A program made the translations under genes and the position numbers. The notes under the pieces were generated by a model. It did no database searches, was not told the origin of the DNA, and saw only the letters and a list, made by a program, of their open reading frames with translations. This document shows, piece after piece, positions 1-12,794 of a DNA stretch of 64,000 bases; within the stretch, counting starts at the first letter, position 1, and each line of letters opens with the position of its first letter. This DNA comes from Antedon mediterranea (taxonomy: Eukaryota > Animalia > Echinodermata): the NCBI RefSeq assembly GCF_964355755.1, contig NC_092679.1, forward strand, positions 7,842,201 through 7,906,200, written 5' to 3'.

Positions 1-1136
1 GTATGTTAATACACTGTGCTCAAGTGGACCCAATTTGGCACCAATGGGAGCACAGGGAAATAGTCACATACAAAAACATCGAGAAAAAATACTTCTGGAA
101 TTAAAAAATATTTCAAACTTGGCATGTTCGATATCGGTTACTCCATCCGTAAACCAAAAGAAAAAATAGTTACAAGCCACATCAGTAATTTTAATAACGT
201 GCGTTCGCTTAAGATAATACTTATGGAAAACATACAATTCCGACACATATTATGTTAAACTCTAATAATGATTTTGACAACAACAACAAAAAACGGTTAG
301 GAATTCGATTTTTTCCCTGTAAATTGAGCAACTTAAATTAAAAATATACCAAGAAATATATATTGAAATCAAGGAGTATTTTTTTTTTACAAAAGAAATG
401 CTCGTATGTTAATACACTGTGCTCCAGTGGATCCAATTTGGCGCCAGTGGAGCACAGGGAAATAGTCACATACAAAACTTCTAGAAAAAATATTTATCGA
501 ATTCAAAAATATTTCAAACTTGGTATATAAGTTCAATATCGGTTACTCCATCCGTAATGCAAAAGAAAAATTAGTTTCAAGCCACATTAGTGATTTTAAT
601 AACTTGCGTTTGTCTAAGATAAATACTTATGAAAGAACATACAATTCCAACACATTTTTTTAAACTTTAGCGATTAAAAAAAAGACATTATGTTAAAAAT
701 ATGAATTATGTAGTAACATATTGAACGTGTAGTAACCTATTGAACGTATACTACCAAATTTCAAATGTGTAGGACAATTATTTTATGACGATCAAAATTT
801 AAAGTTTAAAAAATGTGTTGGAATTCTATGTTCTATCATAAATATACATTTTAAACGAACGAAAATTACTAAAATCACTGATATGGCTTGAAACTAATTT
901 TTCTTTTGCATTACGGATGGAGTAACCGATATTGAACTTATATACCAAGTTTGAAATATTTTTGAAATCCAGAAGTGTTTTTTCTTGATGTTTTTGTATG
1001 TGACTATTTCCCTGTGCTCCACTGGCGCCAAATTGGATCCACTGGAGCACAGTGTATTAACATACAAACATTTCTGTTGTAAAAAAAAAATACTCCTTGA
1101 TTTCAATATATATTTCTTGATATATTTTTAATTTAA

Positions 1137-1730
1137 AGCTCAGGTACAGGCATGAATTTTAAATATAATATTTGGTTAATTGTACATAAATCAAATATTT
1201 GTAACAGAAATCGAGACGAAAAAACATGAACTTCCCTTAATATGGTCAAATAAAAAATTTGGCAAAATTCTTCCATAAAAACCAGGAAGACTTTTTTTCA
1301 GTAGTTAGGTAGTTAACCTAATGTAATAACATGTCTGGTGACTCCCTAGATGGTGGAAAAAGATGGTGGATATACGGTGGATAATTTTTGCTATAGCATG
1401 AAAATAAAAATTTGAAGTTGAATAAAAATATCAGAAATGTAATATTCGAGTTATATTACCTATATTTAGTCATCTGATAACATTTTTTACCACACTGTTT
1501 ATTTTTCATAGCTTTTTAAAATGCCTCTCTATTTACAAAATTTGTGTACAAAAGAATAGAGATTTTACTGTGTAATTTGAACTATCCCCCCACTGATAAG
1601 AAAGTGCTTATTTTCAACAAGCTTGTGTAACACAAATAAAATCCCAAAAATTATGAAACATAGGGGAAACTATAGATCGATAATTATTGGAATGTATGAT
1701 CAATATAAATTTTTTGCCCGCACCTGGCCT
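1137..1730. mobile_element. Non-autonomous DNA transposon, Kolobok-like (TTAA TSD, AG...CT ends)
   Basis: TTAA at 1133-1136 and 1731-1734. Imperfect TIRs: AGCTCAGGTACAGGC / GCCCGCACCTGGCCT. The mirror arm (~333-336) shows the empty site with a single TTAA. Confidence 0.8.
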
Positions 1731-2009
1731 TTAAGTTGCTCAATTTACAGGGGAAAATCGAATTCCTAACCGGGTTTTTTTTTGTTAAAATCATTATTAG
1801 AGTTTAACATATGTGTCGGAATTGTATGTTTTTTTTCGTAAGTATTATCTTAAGCAAACGCAACAAGTTATTAAAATCACTGATGTGGCTTGAAACAATT
1901 TTTTCTTTTGGTTTACGGATGGAGTAACCGATATTGAACAAATATACCAAGTTTGAAATATTTTTAAATTCCAGAAGTATTTTTCTCGATGTTTTTGTAT
2001 GTGACTATT

Positions 2010-3220
2010 TTCCTGTGCTCCCATTGGTGCCAAATTGGGTCCACTTGAGCACAGTGTATTAAATCACGAAAAGATATCATAATTTAGTGACTTTTTTCTA
2101 TTTTATATCACTGTGTGCTCACTGGCGCGGCGCGCGCCAAATTGGGTCCACGTGAGCACAGTGTATTAACATACGAAAAGATATTAAAATTCAGTGACTT
2201 ATTTCTATTTTATATCACTGTGCTCCACTGGCTCCAAATTGGGTCCACTTGAGCACGGTGTATTAACATACGAAAAGATATTAAAATTCAGTGACTTTTT
2301 TCTATTTTATATCACTGTGCTCCACTGGCTCCAAATTGGGTCCACTTGAGCACGGTGTATTAACATACGAAAAGATATTAAAATTCAGTGACTTTTTTCT
2401 ATTTTATATCACTGTGCTCCACTGGCTCCAAATTGGGTCAACTTGAGCACGGTGTATTAACATACGAAAAGATATTAAAATTCAGTGACTTTTTTCTATT
2501 TTATATGACTGTGCTCCTCTGGCTCCAAATTGGGTCCACTTGAGCACAGTGTATTAACATACGAAAAATATTCAAATTCAGTGACTTATTTATATTTTAT
2601 ATCACTGTGCTCCACTGGCTCCAAATTGGGTCCACTTGAGCACGGTGTATTAACATACGAAAAGATATTAAAATTCGGTGACTTTTTTCTATTTTATATC
2701 ACTGTGCTCCACTGGCTCCAAATTGGGTCCACTTGAGAACAGTGTATTAACATACGAAAAGATATTAAAATTCAGTGACTTATTTTTATTTTATATCACT
2801 GTGCTCCCCTGGCTCCAAATTGGGTCCACTTGAGCACAGTGTATTAACATACGAAAAGATACTAAAAATCATTGACTTATTTCTATTTTATATCACTGTG
2901 CTCTCCTGGCTCCAAATTGGGTCCACTTGAGCACAGTGTATTAACATACGAAAAGATATTAAAATTCAGTGATTTATTTCTATTATTGTGCTCCCCTGGC
3001 TCCAAATTGGGTCCACTTGAGCACAGTGTTATTAACATACGAAATAATATTAAAATTCAGTGACTTATTTCTATTTTGTATCACTGTGCTCCTCACTGGC
3101 GCCAAATTGTGTCCACTTGAGCACAGTGTATTTACATACGAAAAGATATTAAAATTAGTGACTTATTTCTATTTTATATCACTGTGCTCCACCGGTGCTG
3201 AATTTGGTCCACTGGAGCAG
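2010..3220. repeat. 97-bp tandem satellite, ~12 copies
   Basis: Unit ATCACTGTGCTCCACTGGCTCCAAATTGGGTCCACTTGAGCACAGTGTATTAACATACGAAAAGATATTAAAATTCAGTGAC... recurs at 2214, 2311, 2408, etc. Confidence 0.95.
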
Positions 3221-3667
3221 TTACCGTAGTACTATTTCTAATTCGTAAGTAAATAAAGGCATAAATGGCGCTCCGTAGAAGTAGAGAATGCTCGATCGTC
3301 GAAGAGCTATATTTCCTATACCATCCTGGCTAGTTGAGAATTCTCAACTATTTTATGTTTTTTTCTACCTTTCTGGAAAATGATATAATCCAAATTGTAT
3401 TAATACTACCAGTAGTAAACATTTAGAAACACTTGCATACCTTCACTAATTTTAGTTGTTTGTAGTTTAAGACAATCTTAGTGATATTTAAATGAAAACA
3501 ATACGATAAAAACTATTGTGTCTGTATTTTACAAGACTATGACTTCCGTATAACGTGCATTGTGGGTACTTCAATTTTTATAGAAAAGCTAGGGAATCCT
3601 AATTCAGTATGGGGGCGGGGCAACCAAACTGGCTTATCAAATCAAAGCACAGTAAAGCAAAGGATAA

Positions 3668-5235
3668 AATTAATGTACGATCCAGTTTACCACTGTTCTC
3701 AACTATAGTCATTTTAGTATACTTGAGCACAGTGATAAAGAATAGGATAAACTTAATAATATACAACAAAAAACATTAATGTACGATCCAGTTTAACACT
3801 GTTCTCAACTATAGTCATTTTAGTATACTTGAGCACAGTGATAAAGAATAGGATAAACTTAATAATATACAACAAAAAACATTAATGTACGATCCCATTT
3901 AACACTGTTCTCAACTATAGTCATTTTGGTATACTTGAGCACAGTGATAAAGAATAGGATAAACTTAACAATATACAACAAATAGCATTAATGTACGATC
4001 CAGTTTACCACTGTTCTCAACTATAGTCATTTTGGTATACTTGAGCACAGTGATAAAGAATAGGATAAACTTAACAATATACAACAAATAGCATTAATGT
4101 ACGATCCAGTTTAACACTGTTCTCAACTATAGACATTTTGGTATACTTGAGCACAGTGATAAAGAATAGGATAAACTTAACAATATACAACAAAAAACAT
4201 TAATGTACGATCCAGTTTAACACTGTTCTCAACTATAGTCATTTTGGTATACTTAAGCACAGTGATAAAGAATAGGATAAACTTAACAATATACAACAAA
4301 TAACATTAATGTATGATCCCGTTTAACAACACCGTTCTCAACTATAGTCATTTTGGTATACTTGAGCACAGTGATAAAGAATAGGATAAACTTAACAATA
4401 TACAACAAATAACATTAATGTATGATCCCGTTTAACACTGTTCTCGACTATAGTCATTTTGGTATACTTGAGCACAGTGATAAAGAATAGGATAAACTTA
4501 ACAATATACAACAAATAACATAATGTACGATGTAGTTTAACACTGTTCTCAACTATAGTCATTTTGGTATACTTGAGCACAGTGATAAAGAATAGGATAA
4601 ACTTAACAATATACAACAAAAAACATTAATGTACGATCCCGTTTAACACTGTTCTCAACTATAGTCATTTTGGTATACTTGAGCACAGTGATAAAGAATA
4701 GGATAAACTTAACAATATACAACAAATAGCATTAATGTACGATCCCGTTTAACACTGTTCTCGACTATAGTCATTTTGGTATACTTGAGCACAGTGATAA
4801 AGAATAGGATAAACTTAATAATAAACAACAAATAGCATTAATGTACGATCCCGTTTAACACTGTTCTCGACTATAGTCATTTTGGTATACTTGAGCACAG
4901 TGATAAAGAATAGGATAAACTTAATAATATACAACAATTAACATTAATGTACGATCCAGTTTAACACTGTTCTCAACTATAGTCATTTTGGTATACTTAA
5001 GCACAGTGATAAATAATAGGATAAACTTAATAATATACAACAAATAACATTAATGTATGATCCCGTTTAACACTGTTCTCGACTATAGTCATTTTGGTAT
5101 ATTTGAGCACAGTGATAAAGAATAGGATAAACTTCGAATAAACAGCAAATAACATTATTGTACGATGCCGTTTAATACTGTTTTAAACTATAGTCATTTG
5201 GGTATAATTAATCACAGATAAAGAATAAGATCAAC
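3668..5235 (+). repeat. 106-bp tandem satellite, ~14-15 copies (left arm of the second foldback)
   Basis: GTACGATCC recurs at 3675, 3781, 3887, etc. The unit contains CACTGTTCTCAACTATAGTCATTTTGGTATACTTGAGCACAGTG. Confidence 0.95.
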
Positions 5236-5339
5236 TTTAATACTATTTATTAAATAAAAAAAACTAATTCTATATTAACATATATTATTTACATATACTT
5301 TCACTGCTGATTTCTAGTATAAACAGGCCATAGGCCTAT

Positions 5340-5436
5340 ACATGGCTGCAGTCGCGTGCTCAAATTTGAGTTGGTGTTTACCGACCGACCGACCGACATA
5401 GTGAGCTGTAGAGTCGCGTTTGCACGCTACTAAAAA
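5340..5436 (+). mobile_element. 3' remnant of a Helentron/HINE-like non-autonomous element
   Basis: (CCGA)n microsatellite followed by a subterminal hairpin (GTCGCGTTTGCACGCTACT) and an A-run, a layout typical of DINE/HINE elements. Confidence 0.4.
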
Positions 5437-5929
5437 GTTCACAAAAACCGTAGGACGGGCACAGGGGAGTTTGTTCGAAACTCCAACCCCTCTCCTGGCT
5501 ATGCGTTTAGGTTTGTCATGCCTCCTTTACAAACCAAGATTATTAGAATACTATTAGGAGGATCAAACACAATTCTTGTTGCCAGATTTCATTGACATTA
5601 CAGGTATGAAGTCTATCAATATACAGTACCGCTTAATACAATACTTGTTGAGGCCATATCCATCTATACATTTTAGTGTTATTTCACTTTAAAAAAGTCG
5701 ATTTATATCAATACTCATCAACATACGATATAACGATAGAATTTATTGCAACTTGTCTATGTCGTATTCATCTACAAATAAAGTGTCTATTACCGTACTT
5801 TTAAAAATCTATTTATATCAATACCTATCAACGTATGTACGTGTGCATATTATATATACAAAAATATATACATCAACATAAATGTCATATCATCTACAGT
5901 CATTAGTGTTATTTCACTTTTAATATTAG

Positions 5930-6092
5930 TAAATCCAAAAACAAAATACTGAAATAATAACAATGCTGTGGTCTCAATGGAGATACAAAAAAAGAAGCGA
6001 AAAGCTAAATCAAAACGATAAAGTAAAACCGCCAGAAAAGTTAGCAGAGTTTTCGGGCAACACTAGCCCTTCATCAGTGCAAGTGAGGGTAC
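5930..6092 (-). mobile_element. Penelope-like retroelement pLTR fragment
   Basis: Carries a minimal hammerhead motif. A diverged sister copy lies at ~58078-58202. Confidence 0.6.
6044..6080 (-). ncRNA. Minimal type I hammerhead ribozyme motif
   Basis: Minus strand reads GCA-CUGAUGA-A-GGGC-UAGUGUU-GCCC-GAAA-ACUC-UGC: both catalytic boxes, stem II, stem I (GCA/UGC) and an NUH triplet (CUC). Confidence 0.65.
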
Positions 6093-6190
6093 TTAGTGTT
6101 ATTTAACGTTTAGTCGATTTATATCAATACACTCATCAACATATGTACGTGCAATTCACGTCTACAATCAATAGTGTTAATTCCACTTTT

Positions 6191-6448
6191 TCTTTAACAT
6201 TTAATTTTACATTTTTAAGTGAAATTTTAATTTTTGGTTCCGATCTTCTTTCGAATTGTGAAAATGCTTTATTATTTTATTATGTACAACAATTTCTTGT
6301 TAATTATGGAAGATTTAATTGATGTTTCTGTTAGTTGTTTTAAAATGTTGTATTTGTTAATCTGAGGCGCCTTGAAGCTAAGATGGTTCCATCTTGTAAG
6401 GCGCCTCTGTGTAATATACTGAATAAAAAAAAAAAAAAAAAAAAAAAA
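6191..6448 (+). mobile_element. 5'-truncated retroposon 3' end with poly(A)
   Basis: Stem-loop GAGGCGCCTT...AAGGCGCCTC, AATAAA and a long A tract. TSD AATTCCACTTTT at 6179-6190 and 6449-6460. Confidence 0.8.
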
Positions 6449-7099
6449 AATTCCACTTTTAAAAGTCGATTTACATCAATATACTCATCAACATATGTAC
6501 GTGTCCACGTCATATTCATTTACAAATCGGTGTTATTTCACTTTTCGAAGTCAATTATATCAATATAGGCCTACTCATCAACATATGTACGTGCAATTCA
6601 CGTCATATTCATATATGATCAATAGTGTACAACTAATAGTGTTATTTCACTTTTAAAAGTCGATTTATATCAATATACTCATCAATAAATGTACTTGTCC
6701 ACGTCATATTCATCTACAATCAATAGTGTTATTTCACTTTTAAAAGTCGATTTATATCAATATACTCATCAACATTATGTACCGTACGTGTCCACGTCAT
6801 ATTCATCTACAAATAGTGTTATTTCACTTTTAAAAGTCGATTTCTATCAATATACTCATCAACATATGTAAATCGTGTCTACGTCATATTCATCTACAAA
6901 TATTAGTGTTATTTCACTTTTCAAAGTCGATTTATATAAATATACTACTCATCAACATAATGTACGTGCAATTCACGTCATATCTATCTACAATCATTTG
7001 TGTTAATTCCACTTTTAAAAGTCAATTTATATCAATTACTTATGAACATATGTACGTGTCCGCGTCATTCATCTACAAATATTATAGTGTTATTATGTT

Positions 7100-8050
7100 T
7101 TTCATATTATCACTGTGCTCAAGTATATGAAAATGACTATAGTTGAGAACAGTGTTAAACAGAATCGTGTACATTAATGTTTTTTTGTTGTATATTGTGC
7201 TCAAGTATACCAAAATGACTATAGTTGAGAACAGTGTTAAACGGGATCGTACATTAATGTACGTTTTTTGTTGTATATTGTTAAGTTTATCCTATTCTTT
7301 ATCACTGTTCTCAAGTATACCCAAATGACTATAGTTGAGAACAGTGTTAAACTGGATCGTACATTAATGTTATTTGTTGTATATTATTAAGTTTATCCTA
7401 TTCTTTATCACTGTGCTCAAGTATACCAAAATGACTATAGTTGAGAACAGTGTTAAACGGGATCGTACATTAATGTACGTTTTTTGTTGTATATTGTTAA
7501 GTTTATCCTATTCTTTATCACTGTTCTCAAGTATACCAAAATGACTATAGTTGAGAACAGTGTTAAACTGGATCGTACATTAATGTTATTTGTTGTATAT
7601 TATTAAGTTTATCCTATTCTTTATCACTGTGCTCAAGTATACCAAAATGACTATAGTTGAGAACAGTGTTAAACGGGATCGTACATTAATGTACGTTTTT
7701 TGTTGTATATTGTTAAGTTTATCCTATTCTTTATCACTGTTCTCAAGTATACCAAAATGACTATAGTTGAGAACAGTGTTAAACGGGATGGTACATTAAT
7801 GTTTTTTGTTGTATATGGTTAAGTTTATCCTATTCTTTATCAGTGTTCTCAAGTATACCAAAATGACTATAGTTGAGAACAGTGTTAAACGGGATCGTAC
7901 ATTAATGTTTTTTGTTGTATATTGTTAAGTTTATCCTATTCTTTATCACTGTGCTCAAGTATACCAAAATGACTATAGTTGAGAACAGTGTTAAACGGGA
8001 TCATACATTAATGTTATTTGTTGTATATTGTTAAGTGTATTCTTTATTCT
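7100..8050 (-). repeat. Inverted copy of the 106-bp satellite, ~9 copies (right arm)
   Basis: Reverse complement of the 3668-5235 unit (ATCACTGTGCTCAAGTATACCAAAATGACTATAGTTGAGAACAGTGTT...). Confidence 0.95.
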
Positions 8051-11000
8051 TATTAATTGTACTAAATTATTAAAAGAAACAGTAGTAAGCATAACATTTC
8101 CCCACTCCTACATTAGCATGGTGGGACATTGTAATGGTCGCAGGTGGCTCAACTTTATTACTGCAATGGGATGGACATGGTCCTACTACCACCTTACCAT
8201 CCAATAGGATTCCAGTAAATTTCCTTTACTACCATAATCATAAATCATAAATGACCCCTTAAGTTAACAAGGAAATCAGCCTATCCCATTATACCTGTAG
8301 GCTTCGTCGTACAGGCGTACTGCGGTAATAGTTGAGAATTCTCAACTAGCCAATTTGGTATATTTTATATACCTGCGAAATGATGAATGATGGATATGAA
8401 TGATGATGTCAACAAATAATGACGTCATAGATCGCTCGACTCTCCTCCTTCATAGCCTAATCGCCGTAAACGACGAAGCAATAAAGTGCGAATGTTTTAC
8501 TTATAATAACGGCTTAAAACTGGTAATTTTTTAATGTTTAAGTAATAATTGTAAGCACGTTGTATTATGAAAAAGTTTAAATAAACATGAATAGTCTAAC
8601 TCAACCTGTTTTTTAGGTTGGTTTCCTACTCTCATTCTCCTCTTACGTTGAGACTGAGTGGACTAGGCCTAGGAGGCCTAGCTAGCCGGAAAGTTGAAGG
8701 CCTATACTGTGTAGAATAGTTCCTAGTAGTATAGGCCTAGTAGTAGTACATGGAAAATTTTCATTTTAAAATTTTGTTTAGCAATATTGCAAATCAAACT
8801 GATTTTTTAGTCGAGAAACATAGATAGTGAGAGATCCGGCCTACCATATTATTAATATTAGTGTAAAGTAAGACTCTGAGACTGAGTCACGTATGTTCGC
8901 CGTAATGCAAATATGGAATGTTTACTGGCAAGGTAAAACTCTAGAGGGCGTCGAAGCAGCGAAGCGTGTTAATTGAAAGTTTTCACACAAAATGTTTTCG
9001 ACACGCGACGCTGAAAGACGATCGTTCCATACATATAAAAGACGTAAAATAAGTAAAAAAAACTCCTCAATGATATCAAACATTAAACTTCTTTTATTCT
9101 TAAACTTATTTTCTTAAAACATATGTAGATTTTAAAAATGTTTATATAATATTTTAAGTACTATGACATTTCAAACATTGCTATGCAAACCAGCAAAATG
9201 AACATTCTCGTTTCAAAAATTTCGGAAGTAAAATGAGTCATCTAAAATGTTAAATTACAATTAATTCGAAGTTTTTCAAACTATGCAGCGTGGTATATCA
9301 TCTTGTTTAAATAGTATTGCATCTAATTGTAATTAACACGAGAGAGCAACAATTATTTCACGGGAGTATAATTTGATTGAATTTAGGCTATTTTACACAG
9401 CAAAATAGACATGCCTGTGTTAAAGAATAGGCGCGTCTAGGCTATTAGACGCGCGGCGCGCTGGCGGCTAGGCCTAATACAATAAATACATACAGTATCA
9501 TCATATTAATACTGTACTTTATTAATTAAATTGCCTGGCTGTGCATCTCAATAATGAAATTATGCAAGATAGTAAGTTATGTATGTTTATTATATAAACA
9601 TACAATATATTATTTCTATTATTACTTCTTATTTTATCTGTAAGACCTGGCCCTATGTACATAGAAATATACCTCCAATATTTGTATGTATTCACACTTT
9701 TAAATAATAAATTGTAAATACAGTATAGTAATAAATGTTTTCAATTTTATAGGTCTGTAGTAGGCATTTAAAAGTTTCATTTACACTAATTTTATAAAAA
9801 TAAATGATATGATTTTGTTTATTTCAGAATGGACAACCATATAAAAAACCTATTTCAGTATGCAGAACATGTGGAGTAAAAAATCATACTTGACCAGATC
9901 AAATATACAATTGCCTCCTGTTATATACTGCCCATTTTATAATTATAATAAATAATATATATTTAATAAATTTTAATAGATTAATATTGTTAATACTGTA
10001 AGATATTAAAATTCATTACTAAAAACAATGACAATATTTATTGATAGTAATCTTAATTAACTATTCTTCTCATCACAAATTAAAATCATATGAGAGATAC
10101 ATCATAACAATTCCAATATAAATTTTATATTATAACATCATTAATAGTGTATAATCTTCTGCTATTGGGTCTATTCCATTTACCACTTGACAGTGCTTCT
10201 TCAACAGCTGGACTAGTCAACTGTACCATATTTTCTGATCATTCGGAAAAATTGCCTCATGCAATAATAGTTAATACACATTTCATCCGACTCCAGACAT
10301 ACCTTTAAAAAAAATATAATAAAAAATAAAAACAGTGTTATGTGTAATTTATTGGTAATACAATTGCAAATAATACATATTAATGTTATGCATAATTATA
10401 AAATAAAAATACTGTAGGCCTACAATGTTTAAAATAAAATGTTGCCTGTTACCAAAATGGAATAACCCAAACCTAGCGTTACTTATACAACAAGTGGATA
10501 ATACTATTATTAAAGATGGGGAGGTCAGTGTGATGATTAAGGAGCTGAAATAAGGTGATAACAATTTAAACGATATAAAAACAATATTAACATTACTGAA
10601 CTATAAATATATACTGCAAAACATTAGTTCTTAAACAATTTAAGCTATAACAAACACTAAATTATGAAAATGTGTATAATTCGGAACACATTCCACGAAA
10701 CACCTAACGATGTGCCTCGCATGGGGTGGATATATCCCCAAACTCCAGTCTTTTAAAACTTGTATGTAGGCCTAGGCCTTCGAATCTAGGCCTAGTCGGG
10801 ATATTTTAAGATATGTGATGAACATTACCTGGCATGGTAGCATTTAACATACATGAGTGTGTTCGGTTGATCGCTAACATACTCAATAAAAACTGTATTT
10901 TAGAGGGAAAATAGTGAAATTTCCTCGTTTTTTGTTCCATCACACCTCCACACCGTCAATTGTTGCTCTAAAACCTTTAAACCACATGATTAGCTCAATT

Positions 11001-11550
11001 ACTCATGAATATGTATGAGAATACCTGACCTCACAAAAAACTTCGGAATTTTTTTTATAAAAGTTTAAAAATTGTACGATTTTTGGTTTAAAATTTTAGT
11101 ACAATTGAGACTGAAAGTAAGATAAATAATAGCTATATTCCGCTTTGTTTTTTCTTTGTATTTTTAGATATTTTGATTAAAAAAGTATAAAGGAAAATAA
11201 ATAAATTGTTTTAAGGTCAAATATTTATAGAAAGGCTATGAAAAATGCTAGGGCATTTGTTGATCAAAATGTAATCGACCGTTACGCAAAATAAACAAGT
11301 GCGCGTGGTTTTTAAACGGCGCGTTAATGCGCATGCGTCAATAGCGAAATTCTCTAGGAAACATACGTGGAGTGAGGGTGCCGAGCGAGTGACAATTTTT
11401 TTAATCAAATTAGGGCCTATTATTAATTAATAATAATAATAATAGCCTATTACACTTACACTTAAAGTTTGATGGAAATAGTTTAGGCTAGTGCCTATTA
11501 GATTCCATTTCTAGCCGAAAATAGTTGTCAAGTCTAGACTTAAAGATGTT

Positions 11551-12480
11551 TGTCACACCAAAATCAGTCCGGGCCAAAATCGGTCCGGGCCAAAATCGGT
11601 CCGGCGGACCAGTTTTGGCTGCCAAAATCAGTCCGGGGGACCATTTATGGCTGCCAAAACCTGTCCGGCCGGACCAATTTTGGCCGCCAAAACTGGTCCG
11701 GCCTGGATAAAATCGGTCCGGGCAGTAGGACTGTTTTTGGCCGCCAAATATGGTCCGGTCTTACAAATATATGGTGCGCAAAATGAGTCATAATGTATAT
11801 ATCATTAAAAAAAAGGCCATGATTAGTCATTATTGAAAACTACGGGGATTTATTTGTTATTTTAATATTATAAATTAAGCCTGTTTTTTTTATTATCATT
11901 ATTAGTAGTAACTCATCAATAATTAATACTAATTGTTAAGCTTTTTGTATACAATATGTATCTCTGCCTGTTTTTAATCCATTTTTTCATTTTTAACATC
12001 TTCGTTTCCCCATGATGGATGTTAAAAACAATTTAATTTATTAATTATTTATGGTTAATCAATCAATATATCAATTCAATACAATTATTATAAAACAATT
12101 ATCCAATATTGATTAGGCTGAGGAAGGAAAAAGGCCTCAATCATAAATAAAATCTAGCTGGCAATATCAGCGTCTCATACCCGTTCATGTGAGGGTGTGG
12201 CAGGCCGAAATATGAGTGAACACCTAAGTCATGTTTTTAGATAAAATACATTTATTTATAGTATTTATCCGACAAGATAACTTACTAATATATATCATGG
12301 GATATTTTTCTAGCCATAAACAACTTAAAACAGCATCATAGGCCTAGTAATTCAATTAAAATCGACAGAAGAAAAGCCCGGACCGATTTTGGCAGTGGCG
12401 GACTGCTTTTGGCCACAATTTTAGAGCCAAAACTGGTCCGGCCGGACCGATTTTGGCCCCGGACCATATTTATCGTGACA
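11551..12480. mobile_element. Non-autonomous DNA transposon, Ginger-like (TGT...ACA, 4-bp TSD)
   Basis: Ends are TGTCAC / GTGACA, with TSD TGTT at 11547-11550 and 12481-12484. Subterminal GCCAAAATCGGTCCGG repeats occur in inverted orientation at both ends. Confidence 0.8.
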
Positions 12481-12794
12481 TGTTCACTGAAGAGGCTTGT
12501 ATTACATATTCAGGCAGAGAATTCCATTAATAAGATCCTATTAATTATTTTGTAATTAGGCCTAGGCTTAATATAACTAATTTCAATATGATTAAAACAA
12601 ATTAATAAAAATTATTTTTAAAATAAATTTTGACTATTGTTCAGAGCATTCTTTTTAGTTGACTCGGACAAAATTAAATATTCCAATTTTTTTCTATAAA
12701 TTTGTTTCTATAGGCCTAGTTTCTGTGTGTGTCTTACTATCTTTTCTTTACTAAATTTTAGTAGTTTAATTTATAGGTATTGTGACGAATCACT

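Larger units (their letters stand above)
1..3226. mobile_element. Foldback-like element/large palindrome, left arm cut off by the window start
   Basis: 1-~662 is the reverse complement of ~806-1136 plus 1731-2061, around a ~140-bp spacer. The right arm continues into a 97-bp tandem array that ends abruptly at ...GGAGCAGTTACCG (~3226). Confidence 0.65.
5670..7095 (+). repeat. ~88-90-bp degenerate tandem repeat in the foldback spacer
   Basis: AGTGTTATTTCACTTTTAAAAGTCGATTTATATCAATATACTCATCAAC... at ~5676, 6638, 6725, 6815, 6905, interrupted by retro-insertions. Confidence 0.85.

Noticed and set aside
64-7328. Short ORFs within the satellites and palindrome
   Set aside because: Translations of tandem repeats with no domain or splice support.
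2010-8050. CRISPR-like array (palindromic repeats at regular spacing)
   Set aside because: The intervening sequences are near-identical rather than unique spacers, there are no cas genes, and the context is eukaryotic.
1-8400. A true antigen-receptor V(D)J locus
   Set aside because: No V/J/Ig-domain exons or RAG genes, and the segments between heptamers are nearly invariant. Only the motif resemblance is kept as a finding.
11525-11830. Pro/Gly-rich ORFs
   Set aside because: They derive from subterminal repeats of the Ginger-like MITE.
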